NCBI RefSeq assembly: GCF_018350175.1
Contig: NC_058368.1
Coordinates: 73,346,001 to 73,410,000 of the forward strand
From: Felis catus
Taxonomy: Eukaryota
Reading direction: 5' to 3'
Length of the DNA: 64,000 nt
The notes under the pieces are model-generated. The model was not told the origin of the DNA, ran no database searches, and worked only from the letters and a program-made list of their open reading frames with translations. This document shows, in pieces, positions 1 to 14,149 of this stretch (position 1 is its first letter; every line of letters starts with the position of its first letter). The position numbers and the translations under genes are program-made.

Positions 1-925
1 GTTCAGTCTCCTCTGTTTTTGCTCTACTGTATGTCTTTTTTTGAAATGCCATAAATCATTTTAGCCGCACACTGATTGGGTATACATAAAAACAGTTTCA
101 GAGATCCTTCTGTCTAAATTGTCAAAGTTTGTTAATGAAATATATGCCTTAATATTTATAATAAATGTCCTGTCTGTACTAGTGGGCTTCCATTAATTCA
201 TTGTAGCAATCGTGATTGACTCTAGCTGTTAAAACACAATTCTTCTTATCTAGAAAATGCACACAAAGGCCTAATAGCTAAAAACATAATATTGACCTTA
301 AATGATGTGCATTCCACTTATGACTTTTATTTTAGATTTATTTAGTTTTAATCAGACTATTTTGTAGTGTTTGGAATACATATTGTAAAAACTACAGAGG
401 TAATAAAATGGGGAAAGAGCAGACAGGACAACCATAAAACTATGTAGAAAATGCTGTTTGTAAAAAGTAAATGTTTGCCTGAGGCTGTTATAACTGTGGG
501 GAGGGGATGAGGCAGTTTGTCGTTCATCTGGTGTCAAGAAACCTGCATACGCCATTGGATTCATTAAGCCAATTCTAAAAGAAGGGAGTAAGGCCTAGGC
601 TGTAAGTCGTGATCATCCTGAATTAGTCTGAAACTCTAGGCCAAGCTTTGGTGAAGTTTCTTAAGTAGTTAAATGGTTTTCTCCCTGGACTTTTGTGATG
701 GACAGTGTTCCTAAAGCCTTTTATCCATGGCTTCATTTAAGGGCTGGCTCCTTTAAGCTTCATACTTAATCGTTACTGATGACTCTGAGACAGAGGACTC
801 TAAACCTGGCAGTTACTGTGTTTGTTGTCATAAAACAGGGCAGTAAGAACGTACCTAATAGACCATACCACATTATTTTTGGAAAGCCGAGGAAATAGAT
901 GAGTTTCACTATTCTCAATTTACAG

Positions 926-1089
926 AGCCTGCATTGATTCGAATGAAGATGGGGACTTGAGTAAATCTACCGTGTTGAGAAACTACAAAGAAGCCCAAGA
1001 ATATGGTTCTTTTGGCACAGCTGAGATGTTAAATTACTCTGTTAACATATATGACGATGGAAACCTGCTGTCCATTGTGACCAGTGGAG
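926..1089 (+). CDS. TPP2: TPP2 exon 6 (164 nt) ACIDSNEDG...LLSIVTSG
   Basis: tacag| acceptor, |gtattt donor; translation matches TPP2. Confidence 0.97.
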
Positions 1090-1779
1090 GTATTTTGTTT
1101 CCGATTTGGTAACTAGAGATAAACTTGTAACGTGGTAAGGTGATAAATTTCTGTAGCCAAGAAGAAGCCTTATAGAGAATTTAACTTAGAGATTCCACCT
1201 AAAGAACTAGGTGTATGATAATAAATGGGATTTGATTCCCTGGCAAGGTGTTGTTTTCTTTAAAGTTGTAACCATGTAGGATCTATTCCAAGAATACAGG
1301 TGTAGTCCAGCCACAAAAAAAACACCCAACATAATTCATCTTATGAAAATTCTTTTGGAAGGAATTTTACTTCTGTGTTGCTGACTCTTGAGCAGTTCAC
1401 CAAGTACAGAGTCGGGTAAAAAGATCCTCATGTGGCACTCTGTGTAATTTCAAAGAAGTGGGAAACTATCCATATACCCATGACAAAAAAGTTTGTTTAA
1501 AACTGTGTATTGTTGGGGACTGTTATATAGCAAAATGAATAAATCTACATATACCAGTATTCGTAAATCTCAAATACATAAATTTTAAATAAAAATATAT
1601 TGATAAAACATTTGTGTGAAATTGTAAAACATGCCAAATAATACCACACAGTGTTCATGGGTGTATGTGTTTGTATGATAAAAATACAGATGGGAAGAAT
1701 CTACACCAGCTTCTACATAGTGGTTACTTCTAGGAAAGGAGCCAGGATAGCTTTAACCCTTTCTTACCCCCCCTCACAG

Positions 1780-2400
1780 TATTATCAAATTATAGCTGAA
1801 GTACAATAAACTGCACATACATACACAATTTGGTAAGTTTTGATAGACATGTACACCTAGGAAGCCATCACCACTGTCAAGGTAATGGACATATCTATCA
1901 CCCCTCCCAGTCTACTTCCTTCGTAATCCACCCTGATGCACCCGCCCCATATAGCCACTGAACTGCTTTCTGTCAGTGCAGATACTTTGTGTTTTCTGGA
2001 ATTTTATAGAAGTAGAATAGTTCCGGTATGAAATCTACCCATATTATGGTTATAAATAGCTAATTCCTTATCACTGAGTAGTGGCTCATTGTGTGGATAC
2101 ACCAGGACTTCCTTACCCACTCACCTCCTGGTGGACACTCAGATTTTTCCAACACTGGTGTCTAGGTCTCTGTGCAAATACGTTTTTGTTTAATTTGGAC
2201 TGGTATCTAGACAAACCAGTTGGGTATGGTAAACATGTTTAACCTTTTAAGAAACAGTAGCTGTGCCCTTTTATACTACACCAACGGGGTGCAAGGGCTC
2301 AACAGCTCCACATTCTTGTGCACATGTGGTGTAGTCAGCCTCCTGTGACATTTAGATGCTCTGACTTGTAAGTGGTGATGTCAGGTGTTTTTGGGGGGAG
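1780..2400 (-). mobile_element. Old L1 (L1M) 3' fragment
   Basis: Resembles antisense L1MB/MC 3' sequence (tacaataaactgcacata...gacatatctatcacccc); boundaries approximate. Confidence 0.6.
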
Positions 2401-2437
2401 CAGGGGCGGGGGGATTACATTAAAATCTAGCTTCCCC

Positions 2438-2617
2438 TTTTTTTTTGAGAGAGAGTGCATGTGAGAGTGGGGGAGGGGAATGGAGGGAGAGAGAAAAAAT
2501 CTCAAGCAGGCTCCATCCCAGCACAGAGCCCAACGCAGGATTGAGTCTCACAACTGTGAGATCATGAGCCAAAATCAAATGTAGGATGCTTAACCGACTG
2601 AGCCACCCAGATGCCCC
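2438..2617 (-). mobile_element. CAN-SINE
   Basis: Reverse tRNA-derived head (tgagccacccagatgcccc) and poly-T tail. Confidence 0.9.
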
Positions 2618-3003
2618 AAGCTTCCCTATTTTTAATTGGGAAAAATGAGAAAGGAAGAATGGGTAATATTGGGTCCACAAAGGGGACACTTCTGCGTAAA
2701 CACATCAAGAAATAAAACATTGTCGAAGCCCATCATGTCTGTTCCTAAACACGCATCCTCTTCGAGTTAACCATGGTCCTGATTTTTTTTTTATCACCGC
2801 ATTAGATTGAACCATCCATTATTGCTGTTTTTATAGGTCAGAAATGATTAAATAGTGGCACTTTCACGTAGTTCAGTCTAACATAATGTGTTTCCATTTA
2901 TATAAATGAGATTATTCAGTATATATCCTTTCGTATGTGGTTTCTTTAGAGCAACCTTATTTTTGTGTGCTTCATCTCATAGTGTTTAGAAGTAGCTGAT
3001 AAT

Positions 3004-3201
3004 GGGGCACCTGGTAGCTCAGTCGGTTGAGCATCTGACTCTTGATTTTGGTTCAGGTCATGATCTGACAGTTCCATGGGTTTGACCCACGTCGAACTCT
3101 GCACTGGCAGTGCAGAACTGCTTGAGATTGTCCCCCTTTCTCTTCCCCACCCCCCTGCTTGCACTGTCTCTCTCAAAGTTAATAAATAAACTTTAAAAAA
3201 A
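3004..3201 (+). mobile_element. CAN-SINE
   Basis: ggggcacctggtagctcagtcggtt head, CT-rich body, A-rich tail. Confidence 0.9.
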
Positions 3202-3204
3202 GTA

Positions 3205-4010
3205 GTTTAATATTTATTGCTGTGTGATAGTCAATTCATTAATGTACTATGTATCCATTTACCATTGATGGATCTTGGGGTTGTTTCAGGTTTTGAATTT
3301 TGCAAGCAATGCCACCGTGAATGTTTTTGCACGTATCTTTTAGTGTACATGTGCACGCATTTGTGTTGGGTGTATAGCTGGAAGTAGAATTCCTGGATTG
3401 TAGGGTATTCCTGTGTTCAGCTTTCTGTAATGCTGGTCTATATCCTGCCAGTAGTGTGTGGCTGTTGTCAGCCATAAAGTTTTAGCCATTCTGAAAGGTA
3501 TGCCGAGGTATATCTCATTGTGGCTTTTTTTTTTTAAAGGTTTATTTATTTTTTTTAATTTTTGAGAAAAAGGGTGTGAGTGGGGGAAGAGTTGAAAGAG
3601 AAGGGAGAGGAGCAGAGGATCCAAAGTGGGCTCTTTGCTAACAGCAGCGAGCCTGATGTGGGGCTCTACCTCACAAACCACGAGATCATGACCTGAGCCG
3701 AAGTTGGACCCTCAACTGACTGAGCCACCCACCCACGTGCCCTCTCATTGTGGCTTTGAACTGCACTTTCCAGATGACTCATGAAGTTGAACATCTTTTC
3801 GTATATTTATTTGACATTTGGTTATCATCTTTTGTGAAATGCTTTTCAAGTGTTTTACCCATTTTTCTCTCGGATCTGAAAGATAATATGGATTTAAGCT
3901 CTTTGTCAGCTGTATGTGTTGCAGATACTTTCTCACCTTTGAGACTTGGATCTTGTTCTCAGTGGACAGGATAGAATCCAGGGTAGCAGAGTAATTCAAG
4001 GTTTCACTTT
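3205..4010 (-). mobile_element. Old L1 fragment (ORF2 3' end), split by a SINE
   Basis: Minus ORF 3745-3999 contains KWVKHLK...RKDVQLH, a degenerate match to the L1 ORF2 C-terminal KWAKDLN region. Confidence 0.7.
3526..3742 (-). mobile_element. CAN-SINE nested in an L1 fragment
   Basis: TSD tctcattgtggcttt on both sides. Confidence 0.9.
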
Positions 4011-4124
4011 TTTATAAATTATTGAGAAGAGACTTAAGATGATAGTATACAATTAGATGTTAAAATGAGAGTATTTTTATTAGATTATTTTATTTTATGC
4101 TTAATACATAAATTGAATGCTTAA

Positions 4125-4355
<231 letters not shown>

Positions 4356-4947
4356 TAGAAGCTTAACGATGGATAGTCTTGGATATTTTTAGTCTTATGA
4401 AGTGTTCTTCAATTCACTAGGAATACCTTAGACTGTATTTGGTATATAGGACTTGGTTTTAAGAAGCAAAGATGCTTATTTCAGTTTTAAATTATTTTTA
4501 TTAAAAATTACTCGATAAAATTTTTTGGAAAATATGAAAATATTATTTATGTTTTACTTTTCATTTCCATTAAGCCCCCTGACACACTATTTTGAGATAC
4601 TTTAAAAACCCCAAACAGACCTTTTCACCAGCTTGCTCCATTGGTCTAGGAAGAATTGAACTCATAGTCTGCGTTTCATTTTAACGTATGGATTAGATTT
4701 TACTTGAACTTCAGTGATTTTAGAATTCAGTCAGAACCATTCCATTCTGCACCTGCTAGTTGTGTTTTTATTGACTACTTACTATATACTGTGTCTCCAC
4801 CTACCCTTTAAGTTTTTCAGCTTCAAAGTAGAACGGAAGTGGAAGTAGAATATGATTGGTTAAGAAACTGGGAGTCCATGCCTTTATTTTACTGGTCAGT
4901 CTTTCTGTAAATTGCTGCCTCAACTAGACTCTTCATCTTTTTAATAG

Positions 4948-5024
4948 ATGATAGAAGTCATCAATCATAAGTGTGATCTTGTCAACTACAGCTATGGAGA
5001 AGCTACTCACTGGCCAAATTCTGG
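4948..5024 (+). CDS. TPP2: TPP2 exon 8 (77 nt) MIEVINHKCD...HWPNS
   Basis: aatag| acceptor, |gtgagt donor. Confidence 0.97.
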
Positions 5025-5029
5025 GTGAG

Positions 5030-6640
5030 TGTTCTCAGGCGCTCATGAGCCACAGGCTCGAGCTGATGAAGAGCATTAGATGTTTCTGTGCCTGGGTGGC
5101 ACGCCACAGATGAAACCGGGCAGTCCCCTGGCTCGGTAATAAGGGTGGGTCTCGTGGGCTCCCGGCCCCCGTTCCCGTGGTCCTGTGTGTGATGTGGTCA
5201 TTCCCTCCCAGCCGCCGAGACCCGCCGGCCCACCCGTCCACTGCTGCACTTCCGCGTTCCCAAACAGTGTGCTTACCTGACGGAACGTAGACCGTGCATC
5301 TCGGTCGCTCAGCGTCACCTTTGATCATCTGCATGTACTCTTACATGGCCTGCATGGCCGTTGACACCGTCTGTTCTCTTCAGAGACCTTCAGCGACCCT
5401 TCCTTTCTTCCCTCGGCTGATGTTCTCACCTCTTCCTTTCCCAGAGACGATAAAAGCCCTGAGAGGGGACTCCTGTCCTTCCTGCAGCCTACCCTGACCC
5501 CAGCCCCTCTGCCTTCCCTTCTTGTAGTAAATGAAGTGCCCGGGGTCAGAAGTCCCTCAAGCACTTGCTGTGTGGTTCCCATTTCCCCTCGCCTTAAAAA
5601 CTCCCGTAATCTTTCCTGGGTTAATACCACTCCACAGGCACGCTCTAGAATCTGCTGCCTTTGAAACAGACGGATCTCTCCATTTCACACTGCTTTCCCT
5701 CACTCCCCCAGCAAAACTTGGTTAATGGTGTGTATTCACCACTTCTGAGGCTCCTCAGCACATTTTGACACGCGTCCCGGGTCTTCCTGCCTTTCTGTGC
5801 ATTGGCGTCTTCCTGCTGCCAAATCCAGTGGCTCAGCCTTGGTCTGTTACCTCACCTTTTTTCCCCCCAGGGTAATAACTCTGAAATTATTTAAAGTGTT
5901 TACTTACCTAGTCATCACCTCTCCCCCATTCCCATCAGCAGCCCATCCATGTCTGCGTGTCACCCAGTGTCTGAAGCTCTTTCATAAAGCCCTACCAAAA
6001 GGAAAACTTTACCGATCCTGGTTTGCTGTGCTCAGGCAACGTAATTTTCTCAGATAACCAGTGTTAGGTTTCTTGCGACACGTCCCTCCCCGCCCCACCG
6101 CCGTAACAGTCACCCTGTCGTGCTCATTTCTTTCCTGAATGTAGTCGTGCCTTCTTCTCTTGCTTCAGTACCGTTTTCACCTAAGTGTGTTTCTTTCTCT
6201 CTTCCTTTGTTTGACCTTCATCCTATTAGAGCCACCTTTCCCTGATACTCTTCCCCTCGTGATTGTTGCGTCTTGGCCCTGCGCCTTTTTTCCATTTCCT
6301 GCATTTCCCCAACTGTCTAACTTCGTTTCTTTTATTTAATACCAGTTTGCTTCTTGTTTGCTGTCAAGTTCTCGCCAGATTCTTTATTTTAAATCTTACT
6401 CTTAAGTTCTTCCTCTTGCCCGGTTCCCTTTCAACTTTGCCACTGCTCATAGATCTGCATAGGAATCCCCTGAGGAGTCACTTCTGACCACATCATTTTA
6501 AGGGGAGGTGGGAGTCCAGCTGCCTGTTGCCCCACCGTCTGATCCAATCGCTGCCTGTATTTCAGTGTTTGCTTTTGGTCCTTTGGGTTTATTGTCCCTC
6601 CATCTATTCACCGTCGTGTCTAGCACTCTTCCCCGTTTAC
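5030..6640 (+). mobile_element. Probable degenerate L2 remnants
   Basis: L2-like pyrimidine-rich motifs; boundaries and family are uncertain. Confidence 0.4.
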
Positions 6641-6983
6641 CGCGGTCTCACGACTCCTTCCTTACGCTGAGACCCAGCTGGGGTGTGCCGCTTGGACTGG
6701 CCGTGTCATGTTCCGGCGTTCTGGGGCTGGGTGTGCCACGGGTTACTTGCCCTGCATTCGAACAGCGTGGGGTGTTATAAACAGTGGGAATAAGGCTAAG
6801 CACGTATAGTTTGAGAACGTCCCCCGAGTGATTTTCATGCACGCCTTCTTGTAGCCACTGTTTGAGTTCTACTACTTGGAACCCATATTCTAGTTTGGTT
6901 TCTATGTACGCCATATTTGAAAACATCTTCACAGTATACTAAGACATTTTTTTGAAAAGTGGGACAGTTTTCTATGTCTAAAG

Positions 6984-6987
<4 letters not shown>

Positions 6988-7021
<34 letters not shown>
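6988..7021 (+). repeat. (TC)17 microsatellite abutting the exon 9 acceptor
   Basis: Read directly. Confidence 0.98.
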
Positions 7022-7023
<2 letters not shown>

Positions 7024-7151
7024 GAGAATTTGTGAAGTCATCAGTGAAGCAGTGTGGAAGCATAACATAATTTACGTTTCCAGTGCTGGAAATAACGGTC
7101 CGTGCCTTTCTACCGTCGGTTGTCCCGGTGGAACTACATCGAGTGTAATAG
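7024..7151 (+). CDS. TPP2: TPP2 exon 9 (128 nt), oxyanion-hole Asn (SAGNNGP)
   Basis: (tc)17-ag| acceptor, |gttagt donor. Confidence 0.97.
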
Positions 7152-9135
7152 GTTAGTTTCCCCGTTTCAGAGCTGGGCTTAAGAACAAGCCAGCAAACCC
7201 CTCAGTGAATGTGATGTTAATCGAATCTCTACTGCATGCAAGACACCGGGAACCTCCCTCGTGTGCCCTCAGGAAGCACAGGTGTAGCCAGACCCGCTGG
7301 TTCGAAGGCGACTGCAGTGAGTGGCTTATGGAAAGTACAGGCACAGCCGGGGCTCACAGAAGTGCAGTTGCTTCTGATTTGAGAATTTAGGTGAGGCTTT
7401 CTGAAGTGTGGCAGCGAGGATTTCAGTGAGCAGAAATGAGCAAGGGAAGGGTTTTCCAGACTGAGTGAACAACGTAAACACAGATGCTTGCTTCACTTTT
7501 TATTTACGGTGTATGGCGGCTAATTTTAGTGTAGTTTCCTCCTTTTCATTTCTTGTGGGACATACAGGAATAGTCAGATGTTGAGAAAGGGAGCTTTATT
7601 AATAAGAGCAGTTGAAACACATTTATTCCATGACTGTGACTTCCTTCCCGCTACTTGGTCTGTCGGATGTGATGCACTCAGTTGTTTGTTTCGCTGTCCT
7701 TGGAGGGGAAAAAATGCCTGTCAACAAGAAGAATTAAGGGAAATCAAAATGAGTTGTGCTCATAATATTAAAGTGGTAAAATTAGCTGTAGCTGCCAACC
7801 TGTGTGAAAACACCCACAGAACATAACACCCTCCCCGTTTTGTTTTGTTTTTTTTTTAATGTGAGGCATGAATGAGGAGGATGAAACGAGAGAACAAATA
7901 GGTAGTAAGTGATATCTGGAATTATTTTCTTTACTTTCACATTGAGAGCACTATAAGGCTTATACCTCTTAGCATTTGTAATTGGATGCATGACAGTAGA
8001 AACTGTTTGGTCCCAAATAATTTTTCTGGTGTATACACAGTAACTGCTTGAATAGATACATATTATAGTTGTTACTAAAGGCATACAGTTACTGTAGATG
8101 TTATCGATACATAGTAACATCTGGGTATCAAAGTTTAGAAACTAGTGCTTTAAAAAAAATTTTTTTTAATCTCAAGCAAGGTATAGCTTATTTTGTATGA
8201 TTTAAAACTTCTTGGTTCAGTAATTCTGTTAAATCCTGTGTTGAGACAACAGTACCTACCAGTGATCTGTCCTTTGTATTTTAGTTCTCGAGATATTTTA
8301 AATAAAATGAAACCAAATAGGTCTGAAAGGTACCTACAGATCAAAATACACTATTCTCCCACAATACTCAGTATTTTGTCATGTTCTTATCCCCAGATTC
8401 ACTAGAAATTTGTAAACTAAATTTTACAAAGTGACTACAGTTTTGTGTGTCTGCACTGTTAACCTAAATCCTGTTAACTCACCTACTTTATCCAGTCTTC
8501 TACTCTGTGTCTGTGTTTGCTATAAAGAAGAATTAGGAGCTGGTGGACCTGGATTGTAAGTCTTTCTCCACCAGTCCCTGTGAGCTTAGTAAATTTTTTT
8601 CAGCCCTCTCGAGGCCCTGTTTCCAGATTTCTAGAATGAGGAAACTGAGTTGGATCCCTATAGGTCTATGAATTTAGAGTCTTTGTGACTAGTCTGCCTT
8701 TACACATTTATCTGAAACACCGAAGCATGTTAATGTCTCTGCTGTTTGCTTGTTTTTACAGCCGTTTCGGGGGAGGGGGTACTGCGAACTTTATGGGTAA
8801 GAATATTGGATGCAGTGGTCATTTAAAAATGAAGACCAACTAATTCCCTTACTTTCCTAAAGTTATAGTTTATAACACGTTTATCTATCTTATACATACA
8901 CACAGTTTTAGGTACATTATTATATTTGATTCACATAATAACCCTGGTAGATATTTTTATAGTCAAAACCAAAGCACCTCGTTTAACATCTGGTACATAG
9001 TAAACTTTCCTTGCTTATCAGATTTTCTTTCTTTCCATTTATGAGCAAACACTAGGTACAGGGTGACTAAGGGATTTACCCAAGTGAGTAACAGTGATTT
9101 GGAATGAAGCGAGTGAACACATAAGTGACACATAA

Positions 9136-9429
<294 letters not shown>

Positions 9430-9639
9430 TGATAAACAGTCTCATTTCAGGGAAACATCATTCAAGGAACAAATTGTAATTATTTCATTGTTAGCTGTAT
9501 GACATACCTGTTCTGAGTGTAAGATTAGAAAAATTGGTTGGAACCTGGTCAAATGTAATGCTAGATTCAAATCCTCTGAGTTCAGGGATCTTCATAGTCT
9601 TTTCTCAATAATTTCTTCTTAAAAAATAAGCTTATTTCA

Positions 9640-9856
9640 GGGGCGCCTGGGTGGCGCAGTCGGTTGAGCGTCCGACTTCAGCCAGGTCACGATCTCGCGG
9701 TCCGGGAGTTCGAGCCCCGCGTCAGGCTCTGGGCTGATGGCTGAGAGCCTGGAGCCTGTTTCTGATTCTGTGTCTCCCTCTCTCTCTGCCCCCCCCCCCC
9801 CCCCCCCGTTCATGCTCTGTCTCTCTCTGTCCCAAAAATAAATAAACGTTGAAAAA
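9640..9856 (+). mobile_element. Young felid SINE (SINEC_Fc-type)
   Basis: Intact CpG-rich head; perfect TSD aaaaaataagcttatttca. Confidence 0.95.
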
Positions 9857-10537
9857 AAAAAATAAGCTTATTTCAATGGTTGACTGTAACGGTCATTGAA
9901 AGCAGTCGGGCTGTAGATCTCCATGGGGATCAGCAAGCTTTGCCTGTGCCATCACTGTAGACTGCCCACATCAGCCCACCTAACTGGCCTAAATGCTGTA
10001 TCACTGCACAAGAGCAACTGGGGATACAGTTGGCAAAGGTTTATGTGTTTTACATTCAGTTAACAAAAGTGTTACTAAATTTAACTCTCTTCTAAAGGTG
10101 ATTTTGAAATGTTTTATAGTCAGTATAACACACAAAGTATTAGAAAATGTTTAAACAGACTTTGTTGTTAGTCTTATTTGCCCATAGAACTATAGAATAA
10201 TTAAAGAATTATTTTAAGAAAATGAGTCAGTCAATTATGGGGGAAACTTGGATTAGGGAGATACTGGTTCACAAACCCAGTTATTCTAGGAATTGAAATA
10301 ATTTGTTTCATGTTTTTACTGTGCTGTAAACATGGAATCGTACTTCAAATACATGGTTTAACTATTAGATTTAATTATTAGGATATGAAGTCTAAAACAT
10401 TGACTCATCATCACTGAATGAAGCACATTCTGTGTACTATTTGAAAAATCTTCTTTGTCAGGAAAGGTTGTTAGACATACAGAATTTACTTGACTTACTG
10501 GTATTTGCAAGTATGGCACATTTGGTTTTTCTTAACA

Positions 10538-10729
10538 TATTTTTTTAAGTTTATTTTTAGAGCACGTGTGCAAGTTGGGGGGGGGGGGCGGGTACCAAGA
10601 ATTCCAAGCAGACTCCATGCTGTCAGCACAGAGCCCTGCCGCAGAGCTCTATCCCATGAACTGTGAGATCATGACCTGAGCTGAGATCAAGATTTAGACG
10701 CTTAACTGACTGAGCCACCCCAGTGCCCC
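10538..10729 (-). mobile_element. CAN-SINE
   Basis: Reverse head tgagccaccccagtgcccc. Confidence 0.9.
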
Positions 10730-10908
10730 AAATATGGCATATTAAAAGACACATTACCAAACAAAGTCTACATAAGCATGTTTTGAATTTGTATTGCCTA
10801 TTGTATTTTAGAAGAACATCATCACTATTTAAGGATACTTACATAATGTTTATGTAAAGTTTTTTTTTGGTAAGGAATATGTAAGGTTTATATAAAGAAT
10901 ATTTATAT

Positions 10909-11134
10909 GGGCGCCTAGGTGGCTCAGTCAGTTAAGTGCCCGACTTTGGCTTGGGTCATGATCTTGCGGTCCGTGGGTTCAAGCCCTGCTAACAGCACAG
11001 AGCCTGGAGTCTGGAGCCTGCCTTGGATTCTGCGTCTCCTCTCTCTTACCCCTCCCCCACTCATGCTCTGTCTCTCTTCATCTCTCAAAAATTAACAAAT
11101 GTTGAAAAAAATTTTTTTAATTAAAAAAAAAAAG
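10909..11134 (+). mobile_element. CAN-SINE
   Basis: gggcgcctaggtggctcagtcagtt head; A tail. Confidence 0.9.
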
Positions 11135-11149
11135 AATGTTTTTAAAGTA

Positions 11150-11234
11150 GATTCCATACCCAACACGAGGCTTGAACTCACAGCCCTGAGATTGAGTTGC
11201 ACGCTCTATACCCAGTAAGTCAGCCAGGAGCCCC
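11150..11234 (-). mobile_element. CAN-SINE 5' fragment
   Basis: cttgaactcacagccctgag...ccaggagcccc. Confidence 0.75.
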
Positions 11235-11989
11235 AAAATTTTATTTTTTTAATGAAAACTGTATTTACATATCATGGAACCCTTTTTGGAATACTTACTA
11301 AATGTTTTATGATTAGCCACTTTAACAGAGTAGTGGGAAATGACTACAGAGAAGCAGGAAGTAGTTAGAATTCATGACTTTTCCTAGTTCTTTTTTCCAG
11401 TTGTGAAATGCCACATGCTCGTTGTGAGTATCGATAGACAATATAGATGGTGCAGATCACATGGGGACATTTTCAAGGACATTCTTTTAGTTACTCTCCT
11501 CCTGTACATAAATGCGAGATCACATGATTCAGGCACCTCCATAACCTTTGTTACTCAGTAATACCATATGAAAATCTTTCCAGATCAACAGATACTTATT
11601 TACCTGGCGGTATTTGTTGTAAGGTATTCACTAAAGGGGGGGGTGGGGGGCGGGGAGCACTGGCCTATTTCAGGAGGAGGATCTTATTTGCATTGCTTTC
11701 AGCTCTGTATAAATTTGAAACCAAATTGCACTAGTATTCCTAGCCAGGAATAAAAATAGTTCAGTCAGTGGGAGGAAGGGTGGTAGGAGGGAGAGGCCAA
11801 CAATTTACGGGGAATTTATGGCCACTCTTCCAGGGAGGCCACAGGAGTGTGTCATGTTATTCCTTTGCTTGGGGCACAGGGCAAAGCTTGTGTTTGCCTG
11901 TGTTTGCCGACTGTGCGATGAGCTCTGTGGACTTTATCTCATTAGATCTTGTGCAGTCAAAGCCCTAAACAAGGTGGCTGTGTTGACTT

Positions 11990-12480
11990 GAGCTGTCCAG
12001 GGTGACAGCCACGAGTCCCACAAGGTTAGTCTGAATTGAGATGTGCTGGAAGGGTGTGTGTTAGATATTCAAGACTTATTTCAAAAAAGAATATAAATTA
12101 ACTCATTTTTTTCTACCAATTACACACTGAAATTATATTTTGGATACATTGGTTTAAATAAAATACATTATTAAAAGGAATTTTACCAGTTTTCTTGTTA
12201 GCTTTTAAAAAAAATTTTTTTTAATGTTTATTTTTGAGAGACGGATGTGAGTGGGGGAAGAGCAAAGAGAGAGGGAGACACAGAATCCAAAGCAGGCTCT
12301 GAGCTGTCAGCACAGAGCCCGACACAGGGTTCGAACTTCTGAACCATGAGATCGTGACCTGAGCTGAAGTCAGACGCTCAACCAACTGAGCCTCCCAGGT
12401 GCCCCACATTAGCTTTTTTTAAGTGGGGCTTTTGGAAAGTTTTAAATGCCCCATGTGTCCCACATATTTCTTTTGGACAA
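11990..12480. mobile_element. MER33-like hAT-Charlie element interrupted by a SINE
   Basis: ttgagatgtgctg...ttttggatacattggtttaaataaaatacattattaaaa...ttggaca resembles the MER33 consensus as recalled. Confidence 0.65.
12203..12405 (-). mobile_element. CAN-SINE inserted in a MER33-like element
   Basis: Reverse SINE with TSD-like ttagctttt. Confidence 0.9.
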
Positions 12481-12812
12481 TGATGTATTAAATTTTAGAC
12501 AAAGGCAAAGCTTCCACTTATTGCATACAATAAAATACATTCATTAAGGAATCTGAGCAATGACATTTATTTTCCCTCTGTAAATATACCTGATATCTTT
12601 TACACATAACCCCAGATACACACGGACACACACACAGATTTTGTTCATTTATAGGGAAAATAATTGCTATCTAATGGAGAAATAGCTGTGCTGGTTATTT
12701 TTTTCCGATTGATTCTGATACTACAAATTATCCGTGGTATTGTACTCTAGATTTATTTGACCACTGGCATTTTTATGAATGCCCATGTTTATCGAGTCCT
12801 CAACCATCATAA

Positions 12813-13001
<189 letters not shown>

Positions 13002-13917
13002 TAGTGCTCTGCTCGGTCTGACTTGGTACTGTTTCTAAATTCCAGTAAAGTGATGGTGAATCTTAAGTCTATAGCATAATATGAAGTCAGGTATTAGCCA
13101 TAAAAAATAATTGAACAAATTTACCTTTTTGGCAGACAGATGTTTGTGTTTTCTGAAGTTCTCGTGGTGAGAAATTGTGTAGAATTGGTAATGTTCTGGC
13201 CCAAAGTAAAGTTTAAGGTGGAGAAAAATTATGTGATCATAATTATTTAAATGTGCATTTGTTCATTCAACAAATATATTTATTGGCTGTTAATGACCAT
13301 TGAGCATTATTATGGCTCAAAAGTACTTGCCCCTGTGGAGTTTATATTACAGCTGTGGGAGACAGACTATAAACAGAATTACCAGTAGTTTATCTTATGT
13401 GTTAAAAGGTAATGAATATTGCCGTGGAGATAAGTAAAGTGGGAAGGGTGGTAGGAGTTCCTGGGGTGGTGTTCGGAGGCTCACAGGATTAACTGGGTGG
13501 CATGGGCATTGACTGGGACTCAGTTATGGTCACCGGGTTGTTGCAAAGATTCCACTTCAGGAGTGCTCCTCTCATGAAGTCCAAGGACCCTCTGCCCTCA
13601 TTTCTAGCCCCTTTCAACCACATCAGGTATTTAAGTTTGCTCCATGCTTCCGGTCCTTGCACGTATTATTCTCTCTGCCCAGAACTCCTTTGTGCCATGT
13701 TTTGGCCTTACAGACTCATGTGCGTTCTGGTAAGATTCAACTCACATCTTCCTTCGCCTGATAGAGCTTCACCTTCTTTTGGATTCTCACTGACAAAATT
13801 AGCCACTTTCTTGATTTGCTCTGGCAGCAGCATCTTTCCACGTTCTCATCTCCTACAGTATGATAAGCGCACACATGCTTGATGAGCTCTGCGGTTGGCA
13901 GGAATGCTATATTACTT

Positions 13918-14088
13918 GGGGTTCCTAGGTGGCTTGGTTAAGCGTCCAACTCCGGCTCAGGTCATGCTCTTGCGGTTTGTGAGTGCGAGTCCTGTGTCCG
14001 GCTCGGTGCTGACAGCTCAGAGCCTGGAGCCTGCTTCAGATTCTGTTATCTTTCTGTCTCTGCCTCTCCGCTGCTCATGCTCTGTCTG

Positions 14089-14149
<61 letters not shown>

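Noticed and set aside
11593-11620. atacttatttacctggc resembles the U1 snRNA 5' end
   Set aside because: The match needs a 4-nt insertion, and the following sequence does not continue as U1.
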